Assembly (NCBI RefSeq): GCF_009914755.1
Contig: NC_060934.1
Strand: one strand, 5' to 3'
DNA from: the human T2T-CHM13v2.0 reference genome, Homo sapiens
DNA length: 64,000 bases
This document shows positions 1 through 13,392 of the stretch, piece by piece. Every line of letters begins with the position of its first letter. Positions within the stretch are counted from its first letter, which is position 1. The position numbers were made by a program, and so were the translations under genes. Under the pieces are notes generated by a model. The model saw nothing but the letters and a program-made list of their open reading frames with translations. It ran no database searches and was not told where the DNA came from.

Positions 1-1969
1 ACTCTTAAGTTCTCTAAGCTTCATCCTAGTGATGTCAAGTTACCAGAACTTAATAGAAACTGGTCGTTTGAGCTTAGCTTTTGCACTGAATTAAAATTTC
101 ATTTATTTTTGTGATTTTTATAAAAGATTAATGTGAGTCCTTTATTTGAAAAAATGTTCTCGTATCTTTTGAAACTTTATCTGGAAGAAGTTGTCTACTC
201 CAGTACCTGTTTTCTTTTCTAAAAGAACTCGAGTGATAAATTTGGCCTGATTTTAAATCCCAGGAAAAGTTTCTTTTTCCATACTAATATCTCTACTTCT
301 TATTATCTTGTAACAAATAGCTACAACTCAGTTTCATTTCTGCCTTCTCATTATGATAACTGTAATTTATAGCACTTGACTATGTACAGCACGATGTTAT
401 TCTTGCACTTTCTGGGGTGGTCAGCTGGGATTCTTTCCGGGAAGCCCACACCCCAGAGGTGGACACCACCATGCTTTGCCATCTGCCATCACTGTCATGA
501 ATTTCAGAGATGGATTTTTTAAGTTGGAGAAATGAGAGACTGGCTATCTAGCATGATGAATGTTAGAAATGAGTTCTCGGAGGTGAGATGACAGCAGCTC
601 GAGGTACATGGATTACGTAAAGATACTTGGAAAAGAGCCTGACCCCGTATGAATACAGCGCCTCGGCTCTCAGGGATGATGCGGTGGGCTAAAGCCCCCA
701 TGTCCCGTCTCCACTGTGAGCTGAAGGTCTCTGGTGTTGGAAGCCTGCTCTGAGGGTCACAGAATCCTGCCTCTTACATTTTTTGACAGCTGAACTTTTT
801 TGGGGTCTTGTCCTGCAAGGTGTTGATTGGAGAATCTGAAAGAATAGAGAGCTGGTAGCCTCTCAAGCTGAAGGTAAAGGTTGTTTTGATTTTATTTTGT
901 GCTTGCTTTCTAATGAAAATTTAGTTAAAAAATCAGAATTTGATCAAAGACTTGGTCTCCTTATTACCTGGTAGGGAGGTTATAGGGTGGTAGCTAACCC
1001 TCACACAACCCAGACCTCAGTGGCTCTTAGTATCGGCCACCATAAACCAAACGCCATGACGGACTGAACAGGCATGGGCCAGGTGTTTCCGGGCTCCCCA
1101 CATCTGCAGCACGCGTGGGCCAGGTTTTTCCAGGCTCCCCACATCTACAGCACGCGTGGGCCGGGTGTTTCCAGGCTCCCCACATCTGCAGCACGCGTGG
1201 GCCGGGTGTTTCCAGGCTCCCCACATCTGCAGCACGCGTGGGCCGGGTGTTTCCAGGCTCCCCACATCTGCAGCACGCGTGGGCCAGGTGTTTCCAGGCT
1301 CCCCACGTCACAGGTCTTAACTCTGCCTCGCAGGGGTTTTGGAAACTGTTCCTTCACTTTGTGGGAATGGCTTTCGTTTCTCTGGTTCTATTTTAGGTGT
1401 TCGGTAATGTCGTACATCTTAAATCTTTTTTGAAAGGAGGTGGAGTATAAAAACCTAAACGAATAGTGAAAATAATAGAGGATTCTTATTGGTTTCTCTG
1501 GGGCTGGGGTGGGCATGGCTTTTCTCTTCATTTGTGGCTTATCTTCATGTGCCCCCTCAAGCTAGTGAGACCCCAGCATCACCAAGAGGCGCACGCAGGG
1601 GTGGGGTGCAGGGACGGGGCCTGAGGCTCACTCCTGCCTGGTGTCGTGTCGGTGCCTCCTTCCAAGGCTGCAGCTAAAACCCCTTTGCCTGAATGGAGCC
1701 CCTCCCTCAGACTCCACAGGAAGAGTCGGCGCTAACTCAACGGTGCGTGTGCCCCTGGGTGTGGGGGACAGGGTTCTGGGGCCAGCGATCTGGAAAGAGG
1801 CACGTTCTGAATTTGTGTTGTTGCTCGTCCAAACATTGCACACTCGCGTGTTTCTGGGACACCAAAGTAAAACGAATGCAGGGAACCGGCCGACCCGCCA
1901 CGTCGCCCCCCAGACACGGTCCCATCCCTCCAGCGTCCCGCTCAGCTCCAGCAGCCAGGAGCCCGCAGC
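1..1969 (-). other. ADARB2: ADARB2 3' UTR (probably extends beyond the window start)
   Basis: Lies downstream of the stop codon in the last exon. Minus-strand AATAAA hexamers at 891-896, 141-146 and 102-107; the true 3' end cannot be determined here. Confidence 0.75.
1071..1306. repeat. 41-bp minisatellite, ~6 copies, inside the 3' UTR
   Basis: Unit GCACGCGTGGGCCGGGTGTTTCCAGGCTCCCCACATCTGCA recurs at 1191, 1232, 1273 etc. Confidence 0.95.
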
Positions 1970-2146
1970 CTAGAGAGTCAGTAGAAACTGCTGCTGCTCC
2001 GGTGGTTTCCTCACCCAGGTGCCCAGGCCAGCCTTCTGAAAGGCCTTGAACAGCTGCTGTTTCACAGACTGGTAGGTGTGCGCCCCCAGCTTGGCCTCAC
2101 AGTACATGGAGGGCGTGTCTCCAGGGCTGGGTGTCCGTGTGCTCAG
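1970..2146 (-). CDS. ADARB2: ADAR3 last coding exon (exon 10) to stop codon
   Basis: Encodes [58 protein letters not shown]; ADAR-family W-x-x-KP terminal motif; acceptor ccgcag|CTG; TAG at 1970-1972. Confidence 0.97.
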   Translation of the reverse strand: MSTRTPSPGDTPSMYCEAKLGAHTYQSVKQQLFKAFQKAGLGTWVRKPPEQQQFLLTL

Positions 2147-3637
2147 CTGCGGACAAGAAGGAGAAAGAGCCAATCAGACACCAGCAGAAAAGGAGCTTCT
2201 GCTAGGTGAGTTTTACATGCCAGGCATCAGCTCCTGGCCTTGGCCTTCTGCCTTTCTTTCTCCCACTATTACAGAGAGCAACTGTGACCAGGTCCTCTGG
2301 CAATTCCACAGGAAACCTAGTCATCAAGGAAACCCGCTTCATCTGAGGTGTGAATGATGAATGAGCGGATAAACTTGACTGCTACTAAAAGTATGAACAC
2401 TGTGCAGGGGCTCCAGGCAGGGTTGGGGACAGAGGGGGACAGTGGGAGCTAAAACAGCATCACAGTGGGCAGGGAGCAGGCTGGTGAGAGTCATGTTGTC
2501 GGCTGAGCAGGAGGATGATGGAGCTGGGGCGTTTCCTCTGTTAGCTTTCTGAGGTCTGCCAGGCAAAGCTTTGCAGCAACACAAGACAGGGATCAAATGC
2601 AGCTCTGATACCCCCACCACGGGGCAGGGAGGCCAGGAGGGAAGAGGATGGGGCCATGGGGGAGCTCCAAATCCCACAGCGGGTCTTCCAGGGAGGCACT
2701 CACCGGGGGGTCACCTCGAGCATGTGCAAGAGGAGAGGGCCCTTTTGCTCAGCAGGACAGCATCGACGCTTCCCTGACCTTCCAAGTCTCCAGGAGAAGG
2801 GAGACCCCGGCAGTGCCCTTGAGCGGACAGGACAGAGGCTGAGAGCTGCAGGATGCTGGGCGTCTCGGCCAAGCTCAGAGCTAATATGTGCAATTCTGAG
2901 TGTCCTCTAAGTTGGCTAAAACGTTTATTTTAGGCATTAGTATGCCTGCCCTCCTCTACCAGTTGACAAATCAACACTATTATTCCTGCTTGGATTAAAA
3001 AGTGTGGAAAAATGAGAGAGGCATTTTTTATGTGTTGGCTGGTTTTTCTGTTATTTGTTGTTTTTGGTTACAGTCTATGCTTTGGAAATGCATACAGATA
3101 CAGATTTTGATTTAAAATCCAGAAATATTGCTGTTATCCCTACTTGTGAAGGAGAAATTTGCTCCTAATTGTGGATGTCGTGGAAATGCTTGGGCTTTGG
3201 GGTTGGGGAGAAATTCGAATTCTGAAATTCATTACCTGTGAAATTTTGGGGAAATTACACAATTTTTCTGAGTGTCGGTTTCCTGATATCTAAACCGGGA
3301 ATAGTATCGACTTCAAAAGTCCCCAGGAGCTGCTTCTGGGACACCCCGAACAAAGCAGGCGGTGCCGTGCTGGCTCCGTCAGGGGTTCAGCAATGAGCTC
3401 CTTTCCTGCTTCTGCAGCTCCAGCCTGGTCTGGGGGCGGTGCCTGGGGTAGCAGGGTCTCAAGCCTACAGGGGAAACGCTGCTGGCCTGGGCAGCTGGGA
3501 AAAGGACATGTGATGGGCGCTGTGTCGTGCATCTCCCTCCCTGCAGACCAAGTGTTGGCCTCTCCCAAGAGCTTGCTCAGGGCTGGAGCCAGGGTCTGGC
3601 TGGGTCCAGTTTCCCTGCAAGGATGGGTGCGACCTAC

Positions 3638-3816
3638 CCTGCCATACAGCCGCGCCCACCGTGCAGACAGCACGTGCTTGCAGAGCCGGGATGGGCCCCC
3701 ACAGCTCCTCCGCCCAGTGGTGGCGTTGATAATCTCCAGGTCCGCGCTGCCCACGACCCAGTTCATGCTGAAGGGGGGCGACTTCCCCGGCTGGCGCGCC
3801 TCGGCGTCACTCACGC
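3638..3816 (-). CDS. ADARB2: ADAR3 coding exon (exon 9)
   Basis: Encodes (G)[59 protein letters not shown]; acceptor cgacag|GC, donor AGG|gtaggt; 179 nt. Confidence 0.97.
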
Positions 3817-6800
3817 CTGTCGGGGAGATGGGGAAAGGCGGGCGTTAATATTCCTGGCCTCACACGGGGCTCCCCCAAGGGCAGCTGCGGGGAAATGGAG
3901 CCTGTATGTGAGTGGGAATGGTCCTCCCTTTTCATCCTCAGGACTGGCCAGTTCACGTGTCACCCGCAGGGCGGAGGCTGCAAATTGGGCAGGATCGTGG
4001 TGGCCGCCTCGGGTCCACGGCGTCGCTGCACCTGCGTCAACCTTCTAATCGAAGATTTTAATAGTCTGGTGATAATATAGCTCCGTCCAGATTCCCCCCC
4101 CTTCTGTAAATATTAGTTGAGTGAATGAATGAACAGAGCCACGTGGAAGTGATCTGAGAGTGTGTTTATCAGGCACCTTTGCAGGCCCCGCTCTGCTGGA
4201 GGCAAAACACCGGGGCTAGTAAGCAACATGCAGCTCCCTGGCTCCCTCGGGTTTACAGTTTAGCTGATGAGAAAAACAAAACAAAACAAAACAATAAAAA
4301 CCAGGCAGAAATGAGTGTAGGATCAATTGATCCGCAATGTGATCCTGAAACCGCACTGGCTACAGAGTGTTTGAGACTCAGTGCACAGCGGAAATATGGG
4401 GCCTTTTGTTCGAAAGTTACGAAGAATTTCATGATGACAGTGGGGCGTTAAACCAAGCATGGGTTCGTCTAAGCTCAGGTGCCTGTGTGAGCTGCAGGGC
4501 TGCATGCCCACGATGCTGGTCCTGTCCAGAGAGAGCCGGCATCTTCAGGGAAGCCCTCGTTTCAAAAGTGTTGCCTCTTGTGTGCTTGGACTTTTAACCC
4601 GGACCATACAGTCCTTGCAGCCCAGCTCACAGTGCAGAAGGGTGGATGAGGAGGTCTCCACTCTGGGGTGGCAGCTGCTTTGCAGCTGGGGGTGGTGCAC
4701 TTTCTGGCTTCTAACTGTGGCCCCAGCCCTGACTCCTTGAGGTGCTCCTGTGCTGATTGGGGCTTCTGGACATGCTGCCACAAGATGTCTGGAAACTCCA
4801 GGGGGCACCTGCCGAGACCCTGCCCTGTGACGGCCTGAGGATTCCAAAACATGAGATTCCGGTGCAGCTGAGCCCCGCCAATTCATTGTCTCTTTCAGTC
4901 CCTTCTGAAGGCTGCATTTGGCAATGTGACCCTCGGGGTGGGGAAGGCATCAGAGGAATACAGGCTATGGGACGCCAGAGGCAGCGTCCTGGGGACAAAG
5001 CCCACTTCTTCCCATGCCCAGGGCTTCCTCATGGACCCAGCATGGTGGACGTGGCCCTCAGACGTCCATGGGTGGTGGGGGAGGCACGTGCTGTTTGGCC
5101 CTGTCTCTGCTCAGAGTCTCATAGGAAGATGCATGGTCCACACAACAGTGAGTCGGCAGGGAGTCCAGGCTCCCACTCACAGCAGTGGTGTTGAGACGCT
5201 TGGTTTATAACCCAAGATCCCTTGTCCCATTGGTGCCTCCTGAATCTCCCACCTCCCGCGGCACCTGCATGGCCTCTACCTGACGCGTTCCCCAAGCCCA
5301 GCTGGCCGGGTGTCTCCCTCTCATTCATGCCTCCTCGCAGATCAGCTCTGCCTCTCCAGCCCTTCCTGCCTTCCTGGCCTGCTGTCCTGTGGTGCTTGGA
5401 GGCGAGCGGGGCCCCTGAGTTCTCGGGGGCCCGTCATGCATCACGTGAGATGGCGGTGCCTGCAGAGAAGAACTTGGCGTCTTGGCCAGGGCATTGCATA
5501 TAGGCCAGCCAAGTGCCTGCTCAGGTCCCTGGGAAGCCACTGGCTATTGGTGGAGAGGCCCAGGTGTCAGCATTGGTCTGAGAGCAAAGACCTGGTGGGC
5601 TGAGCTGGTGCGAGTGGGTTCCCGCCATAGCAGACTCCCGGGAGGAAGCTGTCCCCACGTCACGTGGTAGCACAGCTCATAACACCTTCCTGGAAGCAGG
5701 CTTCATTTAAATTCGGGGAAGACCCACTGACTACAGAGTTGCACAGCCACAGACCCCAGATCCTCTGCTGCTCCCAGCTTCATCCACGAGCCTGAGCTCT
5801 GTGGACAGACTGAGCACATGGCCCATTTGCCAACCACTTCGAAAGTCACCTGGTGAGCTTCTGCTGGCCACAGACAGGTGATGTGGGACACCCAAGCGAA
5901 TCCCGTTCATGTCAGCTCTTCCTTTTTCCTTCAAGTGATTCACGGTGGCAGCTGCCACCCCGAGAGCCGGGAGGGACAATCTGGCCCGTTGGCCGCTGTG
6001 GCTGTCCTACTAGGCAGGGGCCGCCTGGGCAGGAGGAGCCAGCCACCAAGGCCAGGGATGACCGGGCACTGGGAGAGGCAGTCACTACCCTGATCTGCGT
6101 GCACTGGGCAGCCTCCCCTCCTCCTCCCACTCCCGTCACCAGGCGGCCTCCCCTCCTCCTCCCGCTCCCATCGCCAGGCGGCCTCCCCTCCTCCTCCTGC
6201 TCCCATCCTTCTGGTCTCCATGACCATCAGGGCCAACCACTGAGGTGCCAAGCTGCAAAGTCTGAACTCAGAGGAAAGCCTTGGGAGCCTGAGGTCTACA
6301 CAGGACCTCCTGGTTCCTTGTCAGGATGCCCTGGCTCCGGCCTGTGCCCCTCTCCTTTCTCTTTGCGGAGGACGTTGTGGGCAAGTTGCTGCTAGCCCTT
6401 GGCCAGCTGCCGTCTGACGGGGTTTCCTCCCAACGCTCCTGGCTGCCAGGCATGACGAGGCCCAAACACCACCGGGAAGGCAGCTGTGAGGACGTGGGTG
6501 TGAACCCAGCACGTGCACTGCTCCACACTCCGGGGACAGAAGGAAGGAGCTGGTGGGGCAGCGAGGGAGGCGCTGGCGGGTGGGCTGCGGGGTCGTCCAG
6601 CCTTGCATGGGGGCTTCTTCTCACCAGGGTGTGGTCCCATGTGTCCATATGTGCACAGGGAGGACAGTGTCTGCTGTAAATAACATCTCAGCTCACCTGT
6701 GATGACGTAAATCACACTGTAAATCATTCAGTTCTAACTACAACAGCCCCGCAGGCTACTGTTTAACATAGAAAGTGGTGTAAACCCAGGAGCAATCTTC

Positions 6801-8491
6801 AATATCCAAGCCTGTCCATGACCCCGGAGGTGGAAAATGCACCCCAGGGGCCTCTCCCACTGACCAGGAACCAGGTGGCTGGAGTTCCAGGCGGTTTGAG
6901 TTCTGTGGCCCGAGGTCATCCTCCACTTACCGCTCTGTGACAGGTGACTTCTCTACTTCACGAGGTGATGTGAAGATCAAACCAGGCAAATAAGAGCACT
7001 TTTGGAGCACCCAGGCTATGAATGCTGCTGTTTTCATCTGAAGGAGGATTTGAAGGCCAACTGCAGTTTGTTTCGTGTTCTCCAAGTCACACAGATCAAA
7101 AATGTTTCTAGTTAGATCACAGGGAACATTTCCAACTTAGTTACAATCACCTAATTGTGTCCAGGGAACGGAGGAACCGACCAACAAGCAAAGGTCAGTT
7201 CCTTGTTCCTTTCACGGAAAACACATTCTGTTCCCTTTATTTGTCCTCTGCAGGGGACAGGACCATGTGCTTACGCTTTGAGCTTCTAGGGAAGGGTCTG
7301 CTCCCCTCTGTGTTCTGCTGGCAAAAGAAAAACTTCCCAAGGCAGCCTGGAAGAATAGCAGTCCTTTTTTTTTTTTTCTTCTACCTTCTTGTCTTTTTTT
7401 TTTTTTAATAAACCTTCCATAGAGAGATAGTGTTGGGATGTTTCCTGAATACTCACACAGGCAGTAGTTTCTGACATCGCTGTGACTAATATCTGCAGCT
7501 GATCATGCCCGTGGAGCGGGAACCACGGCCCAGATCCCTGGAGTCTAATGTGCAGAGAAACGGATGCTCATGGATGCTCATGTCAGTCTCACTATTAGGT
7601 TTGCCGTTAATGACTCTTTCCATGGAACAGATCCCTTATGGTGAGAGGAAGTGCAGTCAGGAGCGGGCTGCTTGCTCTGAGGAACCAGAAGTTTCCTTCT
7701 CCAGTGCGGCCAGCAGCCAGGCCCTCTTCCCACGCTGGGGCCCAGCCCTCCCGCACCAGGTGCCCAGGCTCCAGGAGGGCCATCTCTTCCTCACCGACAT
7801 GGAAGGGCCATGGCCTCGTGCGCTTTCACTCTCTTTCCATTTCCCCGCAGCCTGAATCACCCTCAAGGAGGTAACTCCCTGTCCTGGGATGTCTCCTGAG
7901 GACACTCCAGCATTGGGACATCAGGTCACTCCAGGCTCTTCCTTTCTTTGTTTTATTTATTTTGGCCTGGGGGAGCCACTTGGTTTCTCAGGAGCCTTCT
8001 GCTCATGTGTGAATGATCTCTCATGGTGCACTGATTTTATAATTTTCCACCAGTTTCCCAGGTGCCGTACAAAGACATGCAGAGCCTTCTGGGAGCTGGT
8101 CCAGTTGCTTGCTCATGGTGTTCCTGTCGAGCACCTTCCTGGCCGTGGAGAAGTGGGTTTCGAAAGGGTTGAAGGTGTTAGGGCTAAACTTTAACTCAGC
8201 TGGATTGCATTGCTAGCGGTAGTTGTGGATAGAGCCAGACAAGGTGAAGACACATGTGCTCAGGCCTAGAAATGAAAGCCTGGCTTGTGTTTAATTTTAA
8301 CTCCTGTGGCTGGAAATGTGAAAATGCATTAACTCCTGGCTCATTCCTCCTGAAGTGGGCATCGGCTGATTGAAGACGGAACTCGAGTCCCAAGGACAGA
8401 GGGTGTCTGCAGCTGCAGGGGCACCTACTCAGGCCTGTCCCACCCTGTTCCTCAAGATAACACAGCAGCACATACCTGGTGACCCAGTCCA

Positions 8492-8764
8492 CCCAGAACA
8501 CATGGCCCTACCTCCTTCCCCAGAACACGTGGCGCTACCTCCTTCCCCAGAACACGTGGCGCTACCTCCTTCCCCAGAACACGTGGCGCTACCTCCTTCC
8601 CCAGAACACGTGGCGCTACCTCCTTCCCCAGAACACGTGGCGCTACCTCCTTCCCCAGAACACGTGGCGCTACCTCCTTCCCCAGAACACGTGGCGCTAC
8701 CTCCTTCCCCAGAACACGTGGCGCTACCTCCTTCCCCCGAACACGTGGCGCTACCTCCTTCCCC
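8492..8764. repeat. 27-bp minisatellite, 10 copies, 9 with a CACGTG E-box
   Basis: Unit CCCAGAACACGTGGCGCTACCTCCTTC; copies nearly identical, first copy diverged (CACATG). Confidence 0.97.
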
Positions 8765-8863
8765 AGTTCACAGCACAAAATGTCTCCTGGAGGGGATTCA
8801 GGGAATCTCCAGCAGTGAAAGGTGCCAACAGACCTGTGGCGATTGAGGGACAGAGCCTGTGTC

Positions 8864-9020
8864 GTCTGAACTCAGAAAACGTGAGCATCAGGCCAGCTGA
8901 GCTCCAAGGAGAAATGCGTCCTCCTGAGAAATTGCACGCAGGAGTCTGAACTCAGAAAACATGAGCATCAGCAGCTGAGCTCCGAGGAGAAACGCGTCCT
9001 CCCAAGAAATTGCACACAGA
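8864..9020. repeat. ~80-bp tandem duplication (2 copies)
   Basis: GTCTGAACTCAGAAAAC...GAGAAATTGCAC repeated at ~8864 and ~8944. Confidence 0.9.
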
Positions 9021-9270
9021 TACCCCAGTGCTGTGGACAAACACGTACACGTGCTTGCACAGGGGTCCCACGCTTCTCACTCTGCAGGCCGCCCCGTGAG
9101 GCCAAAATTCCTGTGAACCTCTGGCATCCAGAAGCTACAACAAATCCAAATTAACCCTGTGGAACACTTCTGTGATGCACCTCCTGCCTTCGGTGTATGG
9201 CAACACAGGAACGATACTGTGTATTCTAATGTGGTTTCCACATGCACAGAAAATTGTACTTTTGTAGGCT

Positions 9271-9707
9271 GTATTTGTTTTAGGTGATTGCTGTAACACA
9301 TTGCTACATGTGTTGGCTTAAAAGAGCAGAAATCTGTCCTGTCGTAGCTCTGGAGGCTGGAAGTCTGAAGGTGTGGGCAGGGCTGTACCTCCTTCAGAGG
9401 CTCTGGAGAGACCCCTTCTTGACTCTCCCAGCCTCTGCTCAATCCCAGGCTTCCTGGCTTGTAGCGGCTTCACTCCCATCTCTGCCTGCATCCTCACCGG
9501 CTTCTCTGCATGTGCCATATCTCCCCCGCCTCCCTCTTCTAAGGACAGAGGTGGCTGCAGGCAGGACCCACTGAGATAATTCAGATCATCTTCCATCTCA
9601 CGATCCTTAGTTTACTCACATCTGCAAAGACCCCTTTTTTCAGACAAGGTAATTTACAGGTCAGGGATTAGGACTTGGCATCGGTGGGGGCCATTATCCA
9701 GCCCACT
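9271..9707. mobile_element. MLT1-family (MLT1C-like) MaLR solo LTR
   Basis: Typical MLT1 blocks: gctgtaaca..ggcttaaa..cagaaat..ctctggaggctggaagtctgaag..cacatctgcaaagaccc..gggattaggacttg. Subfamily assigned from memory. Confidence 0.75.
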
Positions 9708-9773
9708 GGGAGTGAACTTCGGGACTGGTCTAAGGACGGAGTGAGCAGCGCTCTTCCGGAGGAGGGGCAGCCC

Positions 9774-9965
9774 CACGCTCTGGGCCCCACACTTCGCAGA
9801 ACAGGGGTTTGCACGCTCTGGGCCCCACACTCTGCAGAATGGGGGTTTGCACACTCTGGGCCCCACACTGAGTAGAATGGGGGTTTGCACGCTCTGGGCC
9901 CCACACTCCGCAGAATGGGGGTTTGCACACTCTGGGCCCCACACGGCGTAGAACAGGGGTTTGCA
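9774..9965. repeat. 38-bp minisatellite, ~5 copies
   Basis: Unit GCACGCTCTGGGCCCCACACTCTGCAGAATGGGGGTTT (9811, 9849, 9887...). Confidence 0.93.
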
Positions 9966-11474
9966 GGTGGCAGCTCATGGGCTACTTCTCCCCGCATCTG
10001 TTTCTTTCCCTCTGGACCTTCTGTGTGTGATGAGGACCAGCGGGGCTCACGGTCCAGGAGGGTGGGGGGCCAGGGCTGCCCAGAGAGCAGTTCTGTGCCA
10101 CTGGCTGGATGTGCAGAGCAACCTGGGGATGCACGGGGCACCCGGCACGTGCACCTGCTGAGTGAGGGTGGCCTCCGTTGGGTAGGACCTTGGATTTGAA
10201 AATCTGTGTAGGAAGCCCAAGGAAGGGTGAGGAAAAAAGGTGTCCCTGAAACACTGTGTAGCCTGGTGGTGAGCAGGGTCGGGCCCCACGTTTTTTTAGT
10301 AATTGCTCCCAAGCGGCCTTGGGAATAACGCCCTCGCTACCTGAGCAGCTTCTCCCTGAGCCGTCTGTAATGGAACCACGCTCACAGACGCTTGTTAAAC
10401 CTGGTACGTAACTCAGGGATGTGTTGCATTTATTAATTTGTAAATATACCATGCAGCATATGGGCCATTCATCTCTGAGAACATTTTTTAGGGAGCTGTC
10501 TTATTTCAGAGTAGATCTGTATAGGAATAAGCTGGTCTCCCGGAGCCTTTGACATGAATATTCTGCCAGGTTGTCTGGTGTACAGAGATCAGCCTGATGA
10601 GATTGTGTGACCTTTTTGCTAAACACACACAATCGTGTTAACAGTGGGCTCTGGCAGCAGAGCAAAGCTGGACTCACTTCTGTGACATACTGGCAGTGTG
10701 GCTTCCGACAAGTGAATTAACCACTCCTACCAGCACTGCTTCAACTACCACCGTGATCAGCACAACCACTGCTGTTACATCACCGTTACTAGGACCAGTG
10801 GGGGTGAATCCACAACTCATCTATGAAAGTGAGTTTTACTGTGGCTCGCGGAGCTATAAAAAGATGCCTGACTTGAAGAAAATCCTTATTTACCTTTTTA
10901 AAAAGGCATTATGTAAGTGAGACGTTACAGCATTTCTTCAAAGTGAGCCTACTATATTTACAAGGTAACTTACTTTCCCAAAATTAAATTTACACAAGAC
11001 ATCTCAGGAGTATAATTTTTACATGCAGTGAGGCAAGTCTGTGTCACTGGGTAGCACTGCATTTAATTTTGCAGAGTGAATGAAATAGCATGGCATCTGG
11101 GCCTGCACAGATTCATAAAGCTAAAGGAATCAGAGAGATCTCCTGAGTTTTCTATATGGCCAGACACGCTGCGGGGTCTTTCTCTCTCTCACGCACACCC
11201 ACACACCCTTAATGGAAGAGCTGGTAAATTTAATGTGGACTTATGGATTTGGGGTAACTAACTTCTAAGGCTGTATTAATGCCGTTTTATTCATTATCAT
11301 TGATATGAATGTCTTTATAATTGCCAGTAATTTTATAGCTGCTGTCTTGCTTTGATACAGCACATTTATAAGAAACATAAAAAGTACTATGGAGGCTGGA
11401 GATGGTAGGGTTAACTGAGGATGGACAGCTGGTTCTTTCTGCTGTGAGATAGTCCTAAAAACTTCTGTGGGTTC

Positions 11475-11839
<365 letters not shown>

Positions 11840-12901
11840 TCATGTGACTGGTTTGAGGTGGAGGTGTTGAGGGTGGAAGGCAGGCATCTGCAGGGTGTGG
11901 AACGGGCCACGCTGGCTGCACCGTCTGTGAATGTCCCGGGTGCAAGTTCTGCTGGGACAGCAGTGATGTCCGGGGATGCCAAGGCCTGGGCGGTGTCCTC
12001 TCAGGAGGGTTTGTGCCTCCACTGATCTCCAGGAACTTTATTCCTAAGAGACCACCGAGGAGTCGGGAGGATGGACGACCGCTCAGGTTCCCCCGAGGTT
12101 AAAGTGCAGAGGCTCACAGGAGGCTTCAGAAGATGTGAAATTTCCATGGCAGAGGAAAGAATCTGCATTTTTCATTTTTCAGCCTGATAATGACATGACT
12201 TTTGGCTTCTGTAAGGATTGTCATTATTTCAAAAGATATGGGACAAAGGGACTTTGGGGGAATGGGGTCTTTTGCTGTTCCAAATTATGTATTTTTGTGC
12301 CCTAGTACTCAAAATGTAGTAATATGCCAGGTTTCAAACTGGATAAAAGTGTGGCTGGTTTTCATTGCTCTTCAGTCGGCATTACTCATTTGAGATTGTT
12401 TTTCTTAAGCCCAGATAACACATGGAGTGTTTTCTGGAGAGTGAGTCCACCATAGTTAGACTCTGTCAGTGTTTGTCTGCAAACGCTGTCTCACCTTCGT
12501 TTTTGAAGGATGCTTTTTCTTGATATCAGATCGTAAGTTGAGATTGTTTTTCTATCAGCATTTTAAAGATGCCATTTCATTGTTTTTTTGTCTTCTGAGA
12601 ATCAGTTACCAGTCTGATTTAGCTCCTTTGAAGTGAGTTTGTCTTTCATTTCCTGACTGCTTTTAAGATTTTTTTGGTCTCTGTTTTTCAGCAATTTAAC
12701 CACTGAGATGAGAATTAAAAAAAGTTATTCTTGGGGTACAATGTGCTTTTCAAATCTGCATTTGGATGCTTTTTGTTTGTCTTGGAAATTCTTAGTTGTG
12801 ATCTCTTTAAATATCTCTCCTGTTCCATTACTTTTTCTGGAACTCTTATTACATGCATTCAGACTTTCCTGCTCTCTTCACTCTCTTTTGTACTTTCTGT
12901 G

Positions 12902-13272
12902 TGTGATGGTTCATTTTATGTGTCCCCTTGGCTAGGCTGTAGCACCCAACTAGATTAACTGCGAGATTAACCAGCAGTCCCAGGTATTGCTGGGAAGGCA
13001 CATTCAACGCGATTAACATTTAACTCATTCGACTTTGAATAGAGCAGGTTATGCTCTGCAACATGGCTGGGCTTCGTCCAATCTGCTGAAGGCCTGAAGA
13101 GCAAAGACTCAGGTTCTGTGAAGAGAAATAAATTGTGCCTCCACATGGCTTGTGGACTCTAGACGTGCCACTGCCACTCCTGCTGAAACTTCCAGCTTGC
13201 CGGCCTGCCCTGTGCATTTTAGACTTGCCAGCCTACACGATTGCATGAGCTGATTTCTTAAAATAAATATCT
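12902..13272. mobile_element. MLT2-family ERVL solo LTR
   Basis: Starts tgtgatggttcattttatgtgtc..ggctaggct; contains ccaatctgctgaaggcctgaagagcaaaga and ttcttaaaataaat. Confidence 0.75.
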
Positions 13273-13392
13273 ATCAATCTCTATCTGTCATCTATCTATC
13301 ATCTATCATCTATCTATTATCTATCTATCTAATCTATCTATCTGTCTGTCTGTCAGTCTATCATCTATCTATTCATCCATCCTCCATATATC
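13268..13392. repeat. (TCTA/TCTG)n microsatellite
   Basis: Direct tetranucleotide runs. Confidence 0.9.

Noticed and set aside
3290-3814. ORF-track extensions beyond the exon boundaries (also 18544-19164, 62724-63170, 52721-53002)
   Set aside because: ADAR similarity stops exactly at canonical GT/AG sites; the remainder is intronic read-through.
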